Positions 1 through 10,991 of a stretch of DNA of 64,000 bases are shown piece by piece. The notes beneath the pieces were generated by a model that searched no databases, had not been told where the DNA came from, and saw only the letters and a list, made by a program, of their open reading frames with translations. The position numbers and the translations under genes were made by a program. Where the stretch lies: NCBI GenBank assembly GCA_951406725.2, contig OX597823.1, positions 4,526,001-4,590,000 of the forward strand, written 5' to 3'. The stretch's first letter is position 1. Each line of letters starts with the position of its first letter. Source of the DNA: Octopus vulgaris. Lineage: Eukaryota.

Positions 1-1189
1 CTCAGTTTTACATGTTTACATTTTTGTCAGCTTCAAAGAATTCTCCATTCGAAGCAGTGCTGAATGTCTTTTAACGCCTCCGTTATTTTTTGCTTCACCT
101 CTCCCACATCAGCAAAACGTTTTCCCTCAAGGACTTTTTTCATTCAAGAGAATAAAAAAAAGTCGCAGAGAGCAAGATGGGGTGAATAGGGAGGGGTGGG
201 TAAGCAGGGGCTGTTCCACACCTAAGGCAGTGTGTGCAGGCGCATTGTCATGATGAAGTGACCACTCTCCCCTTTGCCACAGTCGGGCACTTTCGTCTCA
301 CTGAGTCTCGCAAACACTTCAGGACTTCCAAGTAAAATGTCTGGTTAACAGTTTGAGCAGGAGGAACAAATTCTGTGTGGGAAATTCATTTTGCATCGAT
401 GAAACAAATCAGCATCATCATGACACTAGACGTCACTCGACGCATTTGGGGGTGGGGATGCGTCCACTGACTTGATTCCTACTTCATTTCCGGGCCGTAG
501 CCATAGCACCAGCTTTCGTCACCAGTGATGACCTTCGGAAAAAGGTCCAGATCAACTTCCAGCTGCTCTTTCAGCTCACAACATGCCTTCACTTGTGACT
601 GCTTTTGATCTTCCGTGAGCAGATGAGGCACAAATTTTGCTGCAAATCTTTTCATCCACAATTCCTTGCTCAAAATTCATTGACAAGAGCTCCAAGACAC
701 ACCAGTCATATCAACAAGTTCGTCAATTGTTTGATGACGGTCCTCCAAGATCAGTTGATGAATTTTCATGATGTTTACATTTGTTTGGGAGGTTGATGGT
801 CATCTGAACAAGGCTGGTCTTCAAGTAACAACTGACCATTCCTAAAATCTGAAAACCACTTGTAAACTTGAGTTTTGCTCATGGCAGCAACCTTGTGAGT
901 TGTTTTAAGCAGGACAACTGTTTTGGTCACTGTTTTCCCCAGCAGAAAACAGAATTTCACAGAAGCACACGGTTCCTTTGTTTCAGCCATTGCAAAAATC
1001 AACAAACAGGGGAGACACACTGCAAAACAAAGACATGCCACATGACAGTACAACCTCACATGCCACCACCAGTTGGCAGACTGATGCCTGAGGATTGCAT
1101 CAAGTGGATTCTAGCAGCAAAAGTCTGAAATACAACTGGCTTGATCTCCCAGAGAACGTTTCCGGTTACTTTCGGGTACCCTGCTCATA
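1..1189 (-). mobile_element. Decayed mariner (Tc1/mariner) DNA transposon; runs off the left edge
   Basis: Minus-strand frames give MAETKEPCASVKFCFLLGKT...MSKTQVYKWFSDF, AAKFVPHLLTEDQKQ and VITGDESWCYGY, which are typical mariner HTH and first-catalytic-D motifs, with frameshifts. A TIR-like end ...ttactttcgggtaccctgctca-TA lies at ~1160-1189. Confidence 0.88.
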
Positions 1190-1314
1190 CCTATTATTTG
1201 TCAAGAGGAAGTGAACATTTATTTATATACACACACAGTGGTATGTCATACAGACAAATATTTCTATACAGCATACAAGCATTTAATTGATAACTTTCAA
1301 ATAAGACCACTCAC

Positions 1315-1445
1315 CTGTTGCATGAAAAGACCTTGCTCGCCCTTTTCAGCAAATCTTGGAAAAGTCATTTGCAAGACATTCAGGAAAAATAATGGTGAAA
1401 TAGCAGTTGATTGTAAATTCATCAGGTTGAACAGGTCTTGCATTG
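1315..1445 (-). CDS. USP14: USP14/Ubp6 coding exon 7 (AMQDLFNLMNLQSTAISPLFFLNVLQMTFPRFAEKGEQGLFMQQ)
   Basis: AG acceptor at 1446-1447 after a pyrimidine tract; GTGAGT donor below 1315; 131 bp; phase fits exon 6. Matches the USP14 FP.FAEKGEQG..QQ segment that precedes the conserved D of the QQD motif. Confidence 0.95.
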
Positions 1446-1488
1446 CTTTGAAGAGAGAAGAAACCAATATTGTTACAACACATATAGC

Positions 1489-1519
<31 letters not shown>

Positions 1520-1521
<2 letters not shown>

Positions 1522-1910
1522 TTTTACTCTTTTATTTGTTTCAGTCATTTGACTGCGGCCATGCTGGAGCACCGCCTTTAATCGAGCAACTCGACCCCAG
1601 GACTTATTCTTTTGTAAGCCCAGTACTTATTCTATCAGTCTCTTTTGCCGAACCGCTAAGTAACGGGGACATAAACACACCAGCATCAGTTGTCAAGCAA
1701 TGCTAGGGAAACAAACACAGACACACAAACACACACACGCATATATATATATACATATATACGACGGGCTTCTTTCAGTTTCCGTCTACCAAATCCACTC
1801 ACAAGGCATTGGTCAGCCCGGGGCTATAGCAGAAGACACTTGCCCAAGGTGCCACGCAGTGGGACTGAACTCAGAACCATGTGGTAGGTAAACAAGCTAC
1901 TTACCACACA
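1520..1910 (-). mobile_element. tRNA-derived SINE (abundant family in this window)
   Basis: tRNA-like head on the minus strand (gtgtggtaagtagcttg...ggttctgagttcagtcccactgcgtggcaccttgggcaagtgtc). The same body recurs at ~39150, ~53710, ~58690 and ~59815. Confidence 0.8.
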
Positions 1911-2826
1911 GTATCACGTGATCAACCAGACTATCGGATGTTGTAATACGTTGCTGGTCACAATGTGCTCTGCATTGTTTTAGCTTTCAAACGATGTCAG
2001 CCTATTGGGCAGGCAGGCAGGCTGACATTGCCCCTGAACACAATATCAGCTCGTTACAGGGTTGCTCATTACAGCAGAGTGGACTGGAGCAATGTGAAAT
2101 GAAGAGTTTTGCTTAAGAACACAACAGGCAGCTGGCCTGGGAGTTGAAACCACAATCTCGTGACTGTGAGTACAACAATACCAGTTAAACCATTCCTCCT
2201 ACGTTATCTTCTTTTATTGTTCACTGTATTTACAAAATATATATATATGTCATCAAACATCCGTCTTCCATGGTGACATGGGATGAACAGTTCAAGAGGA
2301 TCCGACTTGTCGGAGAACTGCCTCATGCTCCAGTGTCTACCCGGGTATGCTTTCTAAAGCTGGATGCCCTTCTTAATGCCAAACACTTTAAAGATTGTAC
2401 TGAGTGCTTTTTACAAAGCACAAGCACTGAAGAGATCACCTTGCAACCTGCAAGAATAAGGGTCCTAAAGTGATCTCTGTAACTAGAAGGGGATACGAAA
2501 AGGGTGTGATGAATGATGAGGAAGGGTAAAGAGGAGAGAAACAAATTTGTAGTTATGAGAGAGAGAGAGAGAGAGAGAGAATATATATATATACATATAT
2601 CATCATCATCATCATCATCATCATATATCAATTCAACATGTGAAACCATTAATCCAGACACATTTTCTTTTTCTTCTATGCTTTCTTCCCTCATTCCTTT
2701 CCGCCAAAGAGTCTAGGCTTGAAATGTCAACAACTCTTCCAGTTTTCCTGAGCATCAAACAAATACAACTTGTTTATTGTTTCCTCATCTTTCTCTGTCT
2801 TGTTTAATTTTCAACTATTATTTTTA

Positions 2827-3152
2827 TAGTTGTTTTGGTTTCCACAACAAGTCCTTTATTTATGAAGTGGATGGTCCTTAAAAGAGGACAAAAAAATCTT
2901 TCTTGCTAACAGCTAGGCTGCATAATTTACCGTGGCAAACTGTACAATATAACAGTCTGTGCTAACCTAGAAACTTTACTAGAACACACTTGTCTGTTCT
3001 AGTAAAGTTTTAGGTTAGCACAGATGTTTTATTATACAGTTTGCCATGGTGTATTATATACAGCCTAGCTGTTAGCAGGAAAGACTTTTTTTGTCCTCTT
3101 TTAAGGACCATCCACTTCATAAATAAAGGACTTGTGGAAACCAAAACAACTA
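2827..3152. repeat. Long near-perfect inverted repeat (foldback/MITE-like), TA at both ends
   Basis: tagttgttttggtttccac...ctagaaca[cacttgtc]tgttctag...gtggaaaccaaaacaacta; arms of ~160 bp with an 8-nt loop at 2987-2994. Confidence 0.93.
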
Positions 3153-3177
3153 CACAAATAAAAGAACTATTAAATAC

Positions 3178-3224
3178 CTCGAGTTATTGAATCCGCAGGG
3201 GTGGTGTTCCTGTTCCGAGAATGA
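3178..3224 (-). CDS. USP14: USP14 coding exon 6 ((S)HSRNRNTTPADSITR(A))
   Basis: tttcttttag acceptor and GTATTT donor; 47 bp, which exactly bridges the phase-2 end of exon 5 and the phase-1 start of exon 7. The SIT.A motif aligns with YITAA of USP14. Confidence 0.85.
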
Positions 3225-3909
3225 CTAAAAGAAAGAAAAAAAAAAAAACAGAAACATTTAAATGAGCGAATAACATTCACCTAACTTTCTTTCTATGTCT
3301 AGTACAACATTGGGACATTTTTCTCCTTTCCCATATTTTTGTGTTGAAAGTGGTATCAACAAAGAAATAACAGTGTTGATTCATACTTCCAATTTGCCAC
3401 AAGGTTCCACAGCCTTATTAGAAACTGTTTAGAAGACTATTTCCAGAAATACAAACCCATCACTGAAAGGATACATAGAACCTATGGAAAACCTGGAAAA
3501 GTCAACCAATGAACAAACACAAGCACTAAACCCACTCCCACCACCACCGATTGCTAATTGTCTCTCATTTATGACTGTGAGGGTTGCAGTCGGTGCAATC
3601 AATGGCGCAGCCTGTTTGTGAAATTCACATGCAAGGAGCTGAACACTCCATAGACATGCATGCCCTTGGTGGAGTCATCAGGGAGATTCAGCATGACCCT
3701 CAGGTTGTGACGAAGCTGGCCCTTTGAAATACGGGTACAACTCATTTTTGCCATCTTGAGTGGACTGGAACAACAGGAAAACAGTCTCGCTCAAGGACAC
3801 AATGCACCACCGGGAATGGAATTCGTGTTCTTACGATCATGAGCCAATGACCCTGACCACTAAGCCATACATCTTCACTCAAAGAATATATATATAGATA
3901 TTCAATGGT

Positions 3910-4330
3910 CAGCTGCTGCTGCTGGCATTGTTCTTGGACAAGATGAAAGTTCTAACAGCAGATGGCTTGCCAGCAGCCATTGTGCATCTTGACGGCATTC
4001 AGATTGAGCAGGACTGGGAGTTCAAATATCTTGGCTCAAGAAAGTCGTGTTAAAAGCAGAGATCAACTGCTAAAGTAGGTTTGTGACTTCTGCATTCTCA
4101 TCCCTTTGATGGTGTGTCTGTATGAAGCCCAACATCTCCCTAAGGACCAAGATCCCTCTTTTCCACATGCTGGTTCTCCCTGTCCTCCTCTAGAGTGCTG
4201 AAACCTGGACCGTCCTCAAACAGGACCTAAACAAGCTTGGGGTGTTCCAAATGCAGTGTCTTTGTCATGTCCTTGGTGTCTCTCTCCACAACCCAATCTC
4301 AAACAACATATACAGAGTGCGGACAGTATT
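3910..4330 (+). mobile_element. Decayed RTE-like LINE fragment (C-terminal RT region)
   Basis: Broken-frame motifs EFKYLGS, LRTKIPLF, VLPVLL*SAETWT and LGVFQMQCLCHVLGVS, typical of RTE ORF2 C-termini. Confidence 0.7.
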
Positions 4331-4562
4331 CATTCGCATGATGGCCATCTCAGGAAAAGATGATAATTTAGGTCAGTTTGTCTTCCTGACATGTTCTGTC
4401 AATCTCACTCAATGAACCTACCTTTGACTTCAGTGACAGCCTCCAGGTAACCTTGGAACCGGCCACAGGCCTTTGTCCCTATTTTCTGTTTTAGGGATGG
4501 CCTGAAGGCCCTGGTAAATCCAGGCCACACAGCCAAGCCTGCACCTATAAAATTATAATGTG

Positions 4563-4635
4563 CACCTGCAGTGAGACTTGAACCCATAGCCCTCAGATTG
4601 ACAGTCTGATGCTCTACCAACTGAATTCTGCAGAG
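4563..4635 (-). pseudogene. tRNA-like sequence (Lys-type body, GTC anticodon): tRNA pseudogene or SINE head
   Basis: Minus strand CTCTGCA GA ATTC AGTTGGTA GAGC A TCAGA CTGTCAA TCTGA GGGCT ATGGG TTCAAGT CTCAC TGCAGGT G. The anticodon arm is perfect; the D, T and acceptor stems have mismatches; position 8 is G. Confidence 0.75.
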
Positions 4636-5521
4636 AGAATCTAACCCGACCCTCACCAGCAATAATTGATGGAGTACTTATAAGAGATTAACCTCATGGA
4701 TTCGACTAAATAATAAGATTCTTGGATCCAGTTTCTGAAGACGGTGAGGGAAGAAAAATTTAAAATGTCACTGGCCTAAATCATAGAAAGCATTTAGGCT
4801 GAGAGCAAGAATGTACATGCTTGTCTGACTTGGTGGAAATAGCAGTTAAATGTTCTTTAAATCATATCAAGGTATCAAAAATTGAAGGACACGTGTGATA
4901 ATATAGTCCCTGATTGCCTATGACAATAAAAAAGACAACACGATTGCAGTCAGATCATACTTTTGCATTAGAATAAAAAATAACAATTACTGGCAGCAAA
5001 CCTGGGTATTGCCACCCGTAATGCAGAGAAGCAGAAGATTAATACAGGAGCCTGACCAGCAGCTGCCGGTTTGTGCCAGTCGCCATGGATACTTCGGGTG
5101 TTCTTGGACCCCGACACTGATTTCCTTCACAGAATTGGGATAACTACAGCCTGTCTGAGAAATGAGCCCCACAAAGTGAGGTGGCTGTTGCTGGCCAATT
5201 CCCTGCAGCAATGCCTTTGCAATTTTGTCTGAAAGGCGTGGCCAAACGTGCTATTTGTGCCAGGGTGCACAACCCATCACTTCCTCCACCCCCATCTTCT
5301 GCTGTTTAATCCCTGCAACCTTTTTTTCTTTTCCTCTGTTTCGTTGGTGAAGTAATTATGGTGTGTTTGTTCTTGATAATTTTGTCTTTTATACTTTTAA
5401 TGTTTTCCTCTTTTCTTCCTGTAAAAATCTGTTGACATTAAACAAATACACCAGACTAATTATACACAGTAAGTCCGTTGACAAGTGACAAATTGAAGAG
5501 AAGTCATTACAAGACACTAAC

Positions 5522-5625
5522 CTCTTCAGGCACTCCTTGAGTTCTGGAATAGCACGAAGACATTGTAATGTGGCGTTCATATAACAAGTGTTACCAAGGT
5601 TTGATAATCCTGGGGGAAGTTCTAG
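5522..5625 (-). CDS. USP14: USP14 coding exon 5 with the Cys box (LELPPGLSNLGNTCYMNATLQCLRAIPELKECLK)
   Basis: tctccag acceptor and GTTAGT donor; 104 bp. Contains the USP catalytic motif GNTCYMN; the Cys is residue 114 of the spliced protein, as in human USP14. Confidence 0.97.
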
Positions 5626-5695
5626 CTGGAGATGAAGAGAAGAAGAACAGGTTAGGTATGAAGAGCTACAAAAAAATTTTAATGTTTATCATCAT

Positions 5696-6480
5696 TTAAC
5701 CCTTTCGTTACCAAACCGCCCGAAAAAAATTTTGGTTAATGTGACCAAGCCGCCTAAAACCACCTGTATTTACTTATTCATATTTAAATGAGAATATCAG
5801 AGCAAATCTCTTTAGTACATTCGTGAAAACACGTGATTATACTTCGTAAACAGTTCATCTACAGTTTTGTACAAAAATCGAAGTGTAATTTTAATTCCGT
5901 GAATTTTGGGAGATTTTTTTCCGAAATTTGTTCCTATTGTGTTTTCAAAATTTGTAATTCTGACAAAAAACGGATACGAATTTCATTATATCAAGTAGCG
6001 AGTCAGAATTCGAAGGATTTTCTACTGAAGACCTTGATAAATCTAACTCTATGACTGAAAAAAAAAAAGCAATTGGTATTTGATAATGAATCCGATGTTT
6101 CCTTTTCCAAAAATGAAAGCAGTGAATCCGAGAGCTCCGACAGCGATAAAGAAAATGAATTGGCACCTGAATGGAGTGAAAATTTAAAAACTGTTTCTTT
6201 CAGTGATTTTTCTGAAGAAATTGGACCAAGCCACAGTCTTTCCCAGGAGAGTAAAGCCTTAGACTATTTCTTTTTACTTCTTCGAATGAGCCTATTTGAA
6301 ATCATTACGGCAGAAACAAACCGTTACGCTAAATGTAAACAAAACGAAAGAAAGGATACTTTGTGGTTTCCCACAACCTTAAATGAAATTAAGACTATTT
6401 TGCCATAAATATTATTATGGGTATCAGAAAGTTACCCATAAATATTATTCTGGGTATCAGAAAGTTACCCAGAATAACAA
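5696..6480 (+). mobile_element. piggyBac-like transposon, 5' fragment
   Basis: TTAA-CCCTT left end at 5696. ORF 6073-6408 has an acidic Ser-rich N-terminus followed by LDYFFLL...IITAETNRYA...WFPTTLNEIK, which is PGBD/piggyBac transposase-like. It ends in a ~33-bp tandem duplication (ataaatattatt.tgggtatcagaaagttaccc). Confidence 0.8.
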
Positions 6481-7096
6481 ATTCTATAGTAAAATTTTGT
6501 TGTATACCCAATTGAATATTAGCTAATATAGCGATGTTTGAACAAAATTTTAATAATTTTATATTTTGTTGAATTTACCTGATCATTCTTCATCCCCCTT
6601 TTTTTTTAACTCATTGCATTGATGATATGCAGTTAAATCACATCAAAGATCAGTCAAATTCTTTTGGATTTCTGCCTCAACTTGAATGGACAACCCTTCA
6701 GATGAATTCTAAATCCAATCTGGAATATTGTGGTTTAAAAGATGATCAACCCTTTTAACATTCATATTGCTCTGTCAAGTATAATGCTTATTTATTCACA
6801 TTGATTTGAATTAACCCTGCATTATCTTGTAGCTTTGAGATTTCGATGACACAACTGTTTACTTTTAGAATGATAATGTAGGGCAGGTGTAAGAGGCCAG
6901 ATCTAGCATCTTGGCTTTTACAATGACAAAGATGGTTAGTTTTGGGGAAGCACAATGGGTAACAACACAGTGTGAGACCAAGTCCATCCGATGCCAATTT
7001 GGAAAAACAAACATAAAATGATAAAGATGATACCACACGAAAAAGGAGGTGATGTATTTAGAGAGAATGAAGAAAGTGAAACAGGGTTCAACTTAC

Positions 7097-7201
7097 TGCT
7101 GTAGCCAGTTCCTGTTCATTCATGTCTTCAAGGAATACGGTCTTCTCTGTTGGTTCAGCAGGCAAGGCTTCAGCAGACCCCATCATCAAAAAAGTAATCC
7201 C
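7097..7201 (-). CDS. USP14: USP14 coding exon 4 (GITFLMMGSAEALPAEPTEKTVFLEDMNEQELATA)
   Basis: cttcag acceptor and GTAAGT donor; 105 bp. Matches the end of the UBL domain (LMMGS) and the linker KTVF.EDM. Confidence 0.96.
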
Positions 7202-7789
7202 CTGAAGTAGAGACAAGATTATGAAACAGGGTTACATGGAAGGTTTGTTAGTATTAATTAGTTCAGTTCTAATTATACAGCCTGAGACACAGAAGCAACT
7301 AATCCGACACTCAATGTTGACTGAACAAATTTGTTAGACACAATCCAAAGATGTTTAGTTCAGAGTCTGATCACCAAAAGCTGGATATTGGTTATGGCCA
7401 TGCTGTTATCTTCCTGATGACAACAATAAACAATTTAACAAATGCAAAGTGCAACTGAATGCAAGAAACAGAAATCTACTTGAAATATTCAAGGGACAAA
7501 CATTAACCCTTCTGATACAAACTCACCTGTGGTTCAACGATACAACTTCTTTATCTCTCACTGTTCGTTGTGTTCTTTTAATCATTGCCGGCCCCCAAAC
7601 CTAATGTGTGCACTCTTTCTGCACCTCTTCTATTAACTCTCATTTACTCTCTCTCTAAACACAATGCAAAGCACGACTGGAGAAATCAATCAACATTTAT
7701 GTCAGCTGTTATTGTATATATCAGATTTGAGGCATTCACATCTAGAGCTTGCATGTGAATTTAGTCTGCATTTCAAGAAGTTTCTCACT

Positions 7790-9128
7790 ACAGGTAAATA
7801 TTAGATATAATGTAGAAAAGGTGTAGGTAGAAACTCCATATAATATACCCGGTATAAGCTATGGACACATAAGAGGTGCAGCATAATCAGAGGAAGGTTA
7901 ATGGGGAAGATAGCTTTTGTGCATGGCAGATGCACAGGGGCAATAAACACCGAACATGTACAGAAAACAGATTCCATCACTTGCCAGCGGGGAGGGAAAA
8001 CCAGAAGTAGTTGATAGCTTCCATTACCTAGGTGACCAAGTCAGTAGCTGGGGTGGATGCTCTGAGAGTGTAGCTGCTTGAATAAAAGTAGCTGGGGCAA
8101 AGTTCAGAGAGCTCCTACTTCTGCTGGTAACAATGGGCCTCTTGCTCAGAGTGAAAGGTAGACTGTATGATGCCTGTGTGCAAACAGCCGTGCTACACAG
8201 CAGTGAAACATGGGCTGTGACCAAAGAGGACAAGCATAGGCTTGAAGGAAATGAAGCTAGTATGCTTTGTTGGATGTACAGTGTCAGTGTCCATGCATGA
8301 CAGAGTGTAAGCATCCTGAGAGAACAGTTGGGTATAAGAGGCATCAGATGTGGTGTGCAAGAGAGACGACTGCACTGGCATAGTCATGCAATGCATATGG
8401 ACGAGGACAGCTGTGAGAAGTGTCATACCCTAGTTGGAGGGGACCTGTGGAAGAAGTTGACCCAATAAGAGATGGGATGAGATGATGAAGCACAACCTTC
8501 AAACACTGGGCATCACAGAGGCAATGACAAGAGACTGGGACCTTTGGAGATATGATGTGAATGAGAAGACCCAGCAAGCGAGATCACAGTGTCATGTAAC
8601 CAGCCCATTTAAAAGTACCCTTGAATCGTCAGGTGATACACTGAGCTTGAGAAGACCTGTTGAGTCAAGTGAAATTGAAATCACAACGGAAATCATAGTT
8701 GTGGCCAATGCTAGTGTCACCTGACTGGCACCTGTGTTGATGGCATGTAATAAGCACCATTCAAGTGTGGGTCAATGTCAGTGTCACCTGACTGGCTCCC
8801 TGTGCCAGTGGCACATGAAAAGCACCATCGAACGTGGTGGATGTCAGTGTTCCCCTAACCCTGACGTGTTCTTGTGCTGGTGGCACATAAAAAGAACCAT
8901 CCAAATGTGGTCAATGCCAGTGCCGCCTGACTGGCTCCCATGCAGATGGCACGTAAAAAGCACCCACTACACTCTCAGAGTGGTTGGCGTTAGGAAGGGC
9001 ATTCAGCTGCAGAAACCCTGCCTGATCAGGTTGGAGCCTGGTGAAGACTACTGTCTTGCCAGTCCTCAGTCAAACCATCCAACCCATGCCAGCATGGAGA
9101 ACAAATATTAAACGATGATGATGATGAG
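7790..9128 (+). mobile_element. RTE-clade LINE 3' part with a repeat-containing 3' UTR and (GAT)n tail
   Basis: SFHYLGDQVS...KFRELLLLL...KGRLYDACV...SETWA motifs with stops. The 3' UTR has gtggcac.taaaaagcacc repeats and ends aacgatgatgatgatga. Confidence 0.88.
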
Positions 9129-9407
9129 TGCCAGAATAATTAAATTTCAGAAGCATACCTGCCAGGCAAGTGATCTAATCTGTATGTTGAATGTAAAGCA
9201 ATTACAACGTAAAGTAAAACCATGTCAGTGACCAGGTTGCAGTTGGTGTGGAGATAATTTTGACACCAAATCAAATGAAAGTTTAAGCCAAGTGAAGTGA
9301 ATGTTTTTGAATGGCTAAAGGCTTTCCAATTATAATTTTCATAATTCTTATAATCATCTTTTTATCTTTATTTTTAAAATTAAATTACCAAAATAAGTCC
9401 AACTTAC

Positions 9408-9440
9408 ATCTTTCAGTTTCACATTTCCCCAGTCTTCATC
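9408..9440 (-). CDS. USP14: USP14 coding exon 3, 33-bp micro-exon (DEDWGNVKLKD)
   Basis: T-tract plus ctccag acceptor and GTAAGT donor. Aligns to DDDWGNIKIKN of USP14; phase 0-0. Confidence 0.95.
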
Positions 9441-9780
9441 CTGGAGTGAAAAAAAAAAAAAAGATTGAAAAAATTCACAGCATTAAGAAAAAGGATGTTT
9501 AGGAAACAAGAGTGCTTTTAAGAAATCAATCAACCTCCTTAATGTAAATGTAAAATCTTGCTCAGCAAACTCCAGTTTTACTTAAGAAAAAGGAACCACC
9601 ACAAATATCAGGGTCTAAATCTTTAGAGTAGAACCCACAATGAGGATAGGAGAGCAATAATGCCTTCAGTGTTCCTTTCAATCAGTTAAGCTACTTTTTG
9701 TCTCAGGGTTGATCAAACAGAACTGATTAGAACTATTCAGTTACACTGTCATTATATATATATATATGTGTGTGTGTGTG

Positions 9781-10050
9781 TGGAGGCGCAATGGCCAAGT
9801 GGTTAGGGCAGCGGACTTGCGGTTGTAGGATCGCGGGTGTTGTGAGTGTTTATTGAGCGAAAACACCTAAAGCTCCACAAGGCTCTGGCAGGGGGTGTTG
9901 GCAATCCCTGCTGTACTCTTTCGCCACAACTTTCTCTCACTCTTTCTTCTGTTGGCCTGCTCGCATCATTTGAAGGCTAAAACAATGCGGAGCGCATGGT
10001 GACCAGTGATGTGTAGCAACATCTGATAGCTTGGTCGGTCACGGTGATAT
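9781..10050 (+). mobile_element. tRNA-derived SINE (second family)
   Basis: Head ggaggcgcaatggccaagtggttagggcagcggacttgcgg (A-box-like). The tail gatagcttggtcggtcacggtga is shared with a minus-strand copy at ~1915-2000. Confidence 0.7.
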
Positions 10051-10521
10051 ATATATATATATAAATATATTTACTAAGGGAAACATCACCCTCCAAGGAG
10101 CTTTTCTATACTTGCAGTGTGATAGATTTCCTACAACTGTATGCCTTTCCTGTCTCCAATCTGAGGAAAGTAATATTTTCCCCTGAACAGACATGTTTTT
10201 CATGGAAGACTGGAAATGAATGACATCACTTGTATGACAGTGACACTCATACAATAGGCTTTTTCAGTTTCTATTTATCAAACCCACTTGTAAAGCTTTG
10301 TTCAGCTTGGAACATAAAAGATATTGGCCCAAACTGCCACACAGCAGGCGTGAACTCCAAATCATGTGGTCATAAGGTCTTGAACTCAAGGCCTTATGAT
10401 TGTGAACACAAAACACTTTAGTGTGGATGTGATGTAAATAAATAGCACAAACTAACAATAACATTTTTTTCCTCCGTTGTCAAAAGTTTTGGACGTGGAG
10501 TTTTTTCAGCACATAGAAAGA

Positions 10522-10991
10522 AATCAAATTCGATGACTGGCATCCGTGCTAGTGGAGTGCTAAGAGTACCATACGAGTGAGATTGGGGCCAGAGCAACAA
10601 GCTGGCCTCCGTGCCAATGGCACGTTAAAAACACCATTCGAGTGTCATCGTTACCTGTGTTACCTTACTAGCACTTGTGCAGGTGGCACGTGAAAAAACA
10701 TTCGAGCATGGTCGTTGCCAGTGCCGCTGGACTGGCTCCTGTGCAGGTGGCACATAAAAAGCACCATTTGAGCGTGGCCGTTGCCAGTACCACTTGACTG
10801 GCCCTCATGCCGGTGGCACGTAAAAGCACCCACTACACTCTTGGAGTGGTTGTCATTAGGAAGGGCATCCAGCTGTAGAAACACTGCCAGATCAGACTGG
10901 AGTCTGGTGCAGCCATCTCGTTCGCCAGACCTCAGTCAAATCGTCCAACCTATGCCAGCATGGAAAGCAGACGTTAAACAATGATGATGAT
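10522..10991 (+). mobile_element. RTE LINE 3' UTR-only fragment
   Basis: Same 3' UTR repeats and terminal ...ccatgccagcatggaaagcagacgttaaac(gat)n as the copies at 9128 and 39087. Confidence 0.82.

Noticed and set aside
9781-9840. tRNA gene
   Set aside because: Only the 5' half is tRNA-like, the T arm is disrupted, and it continues into a SINE body.
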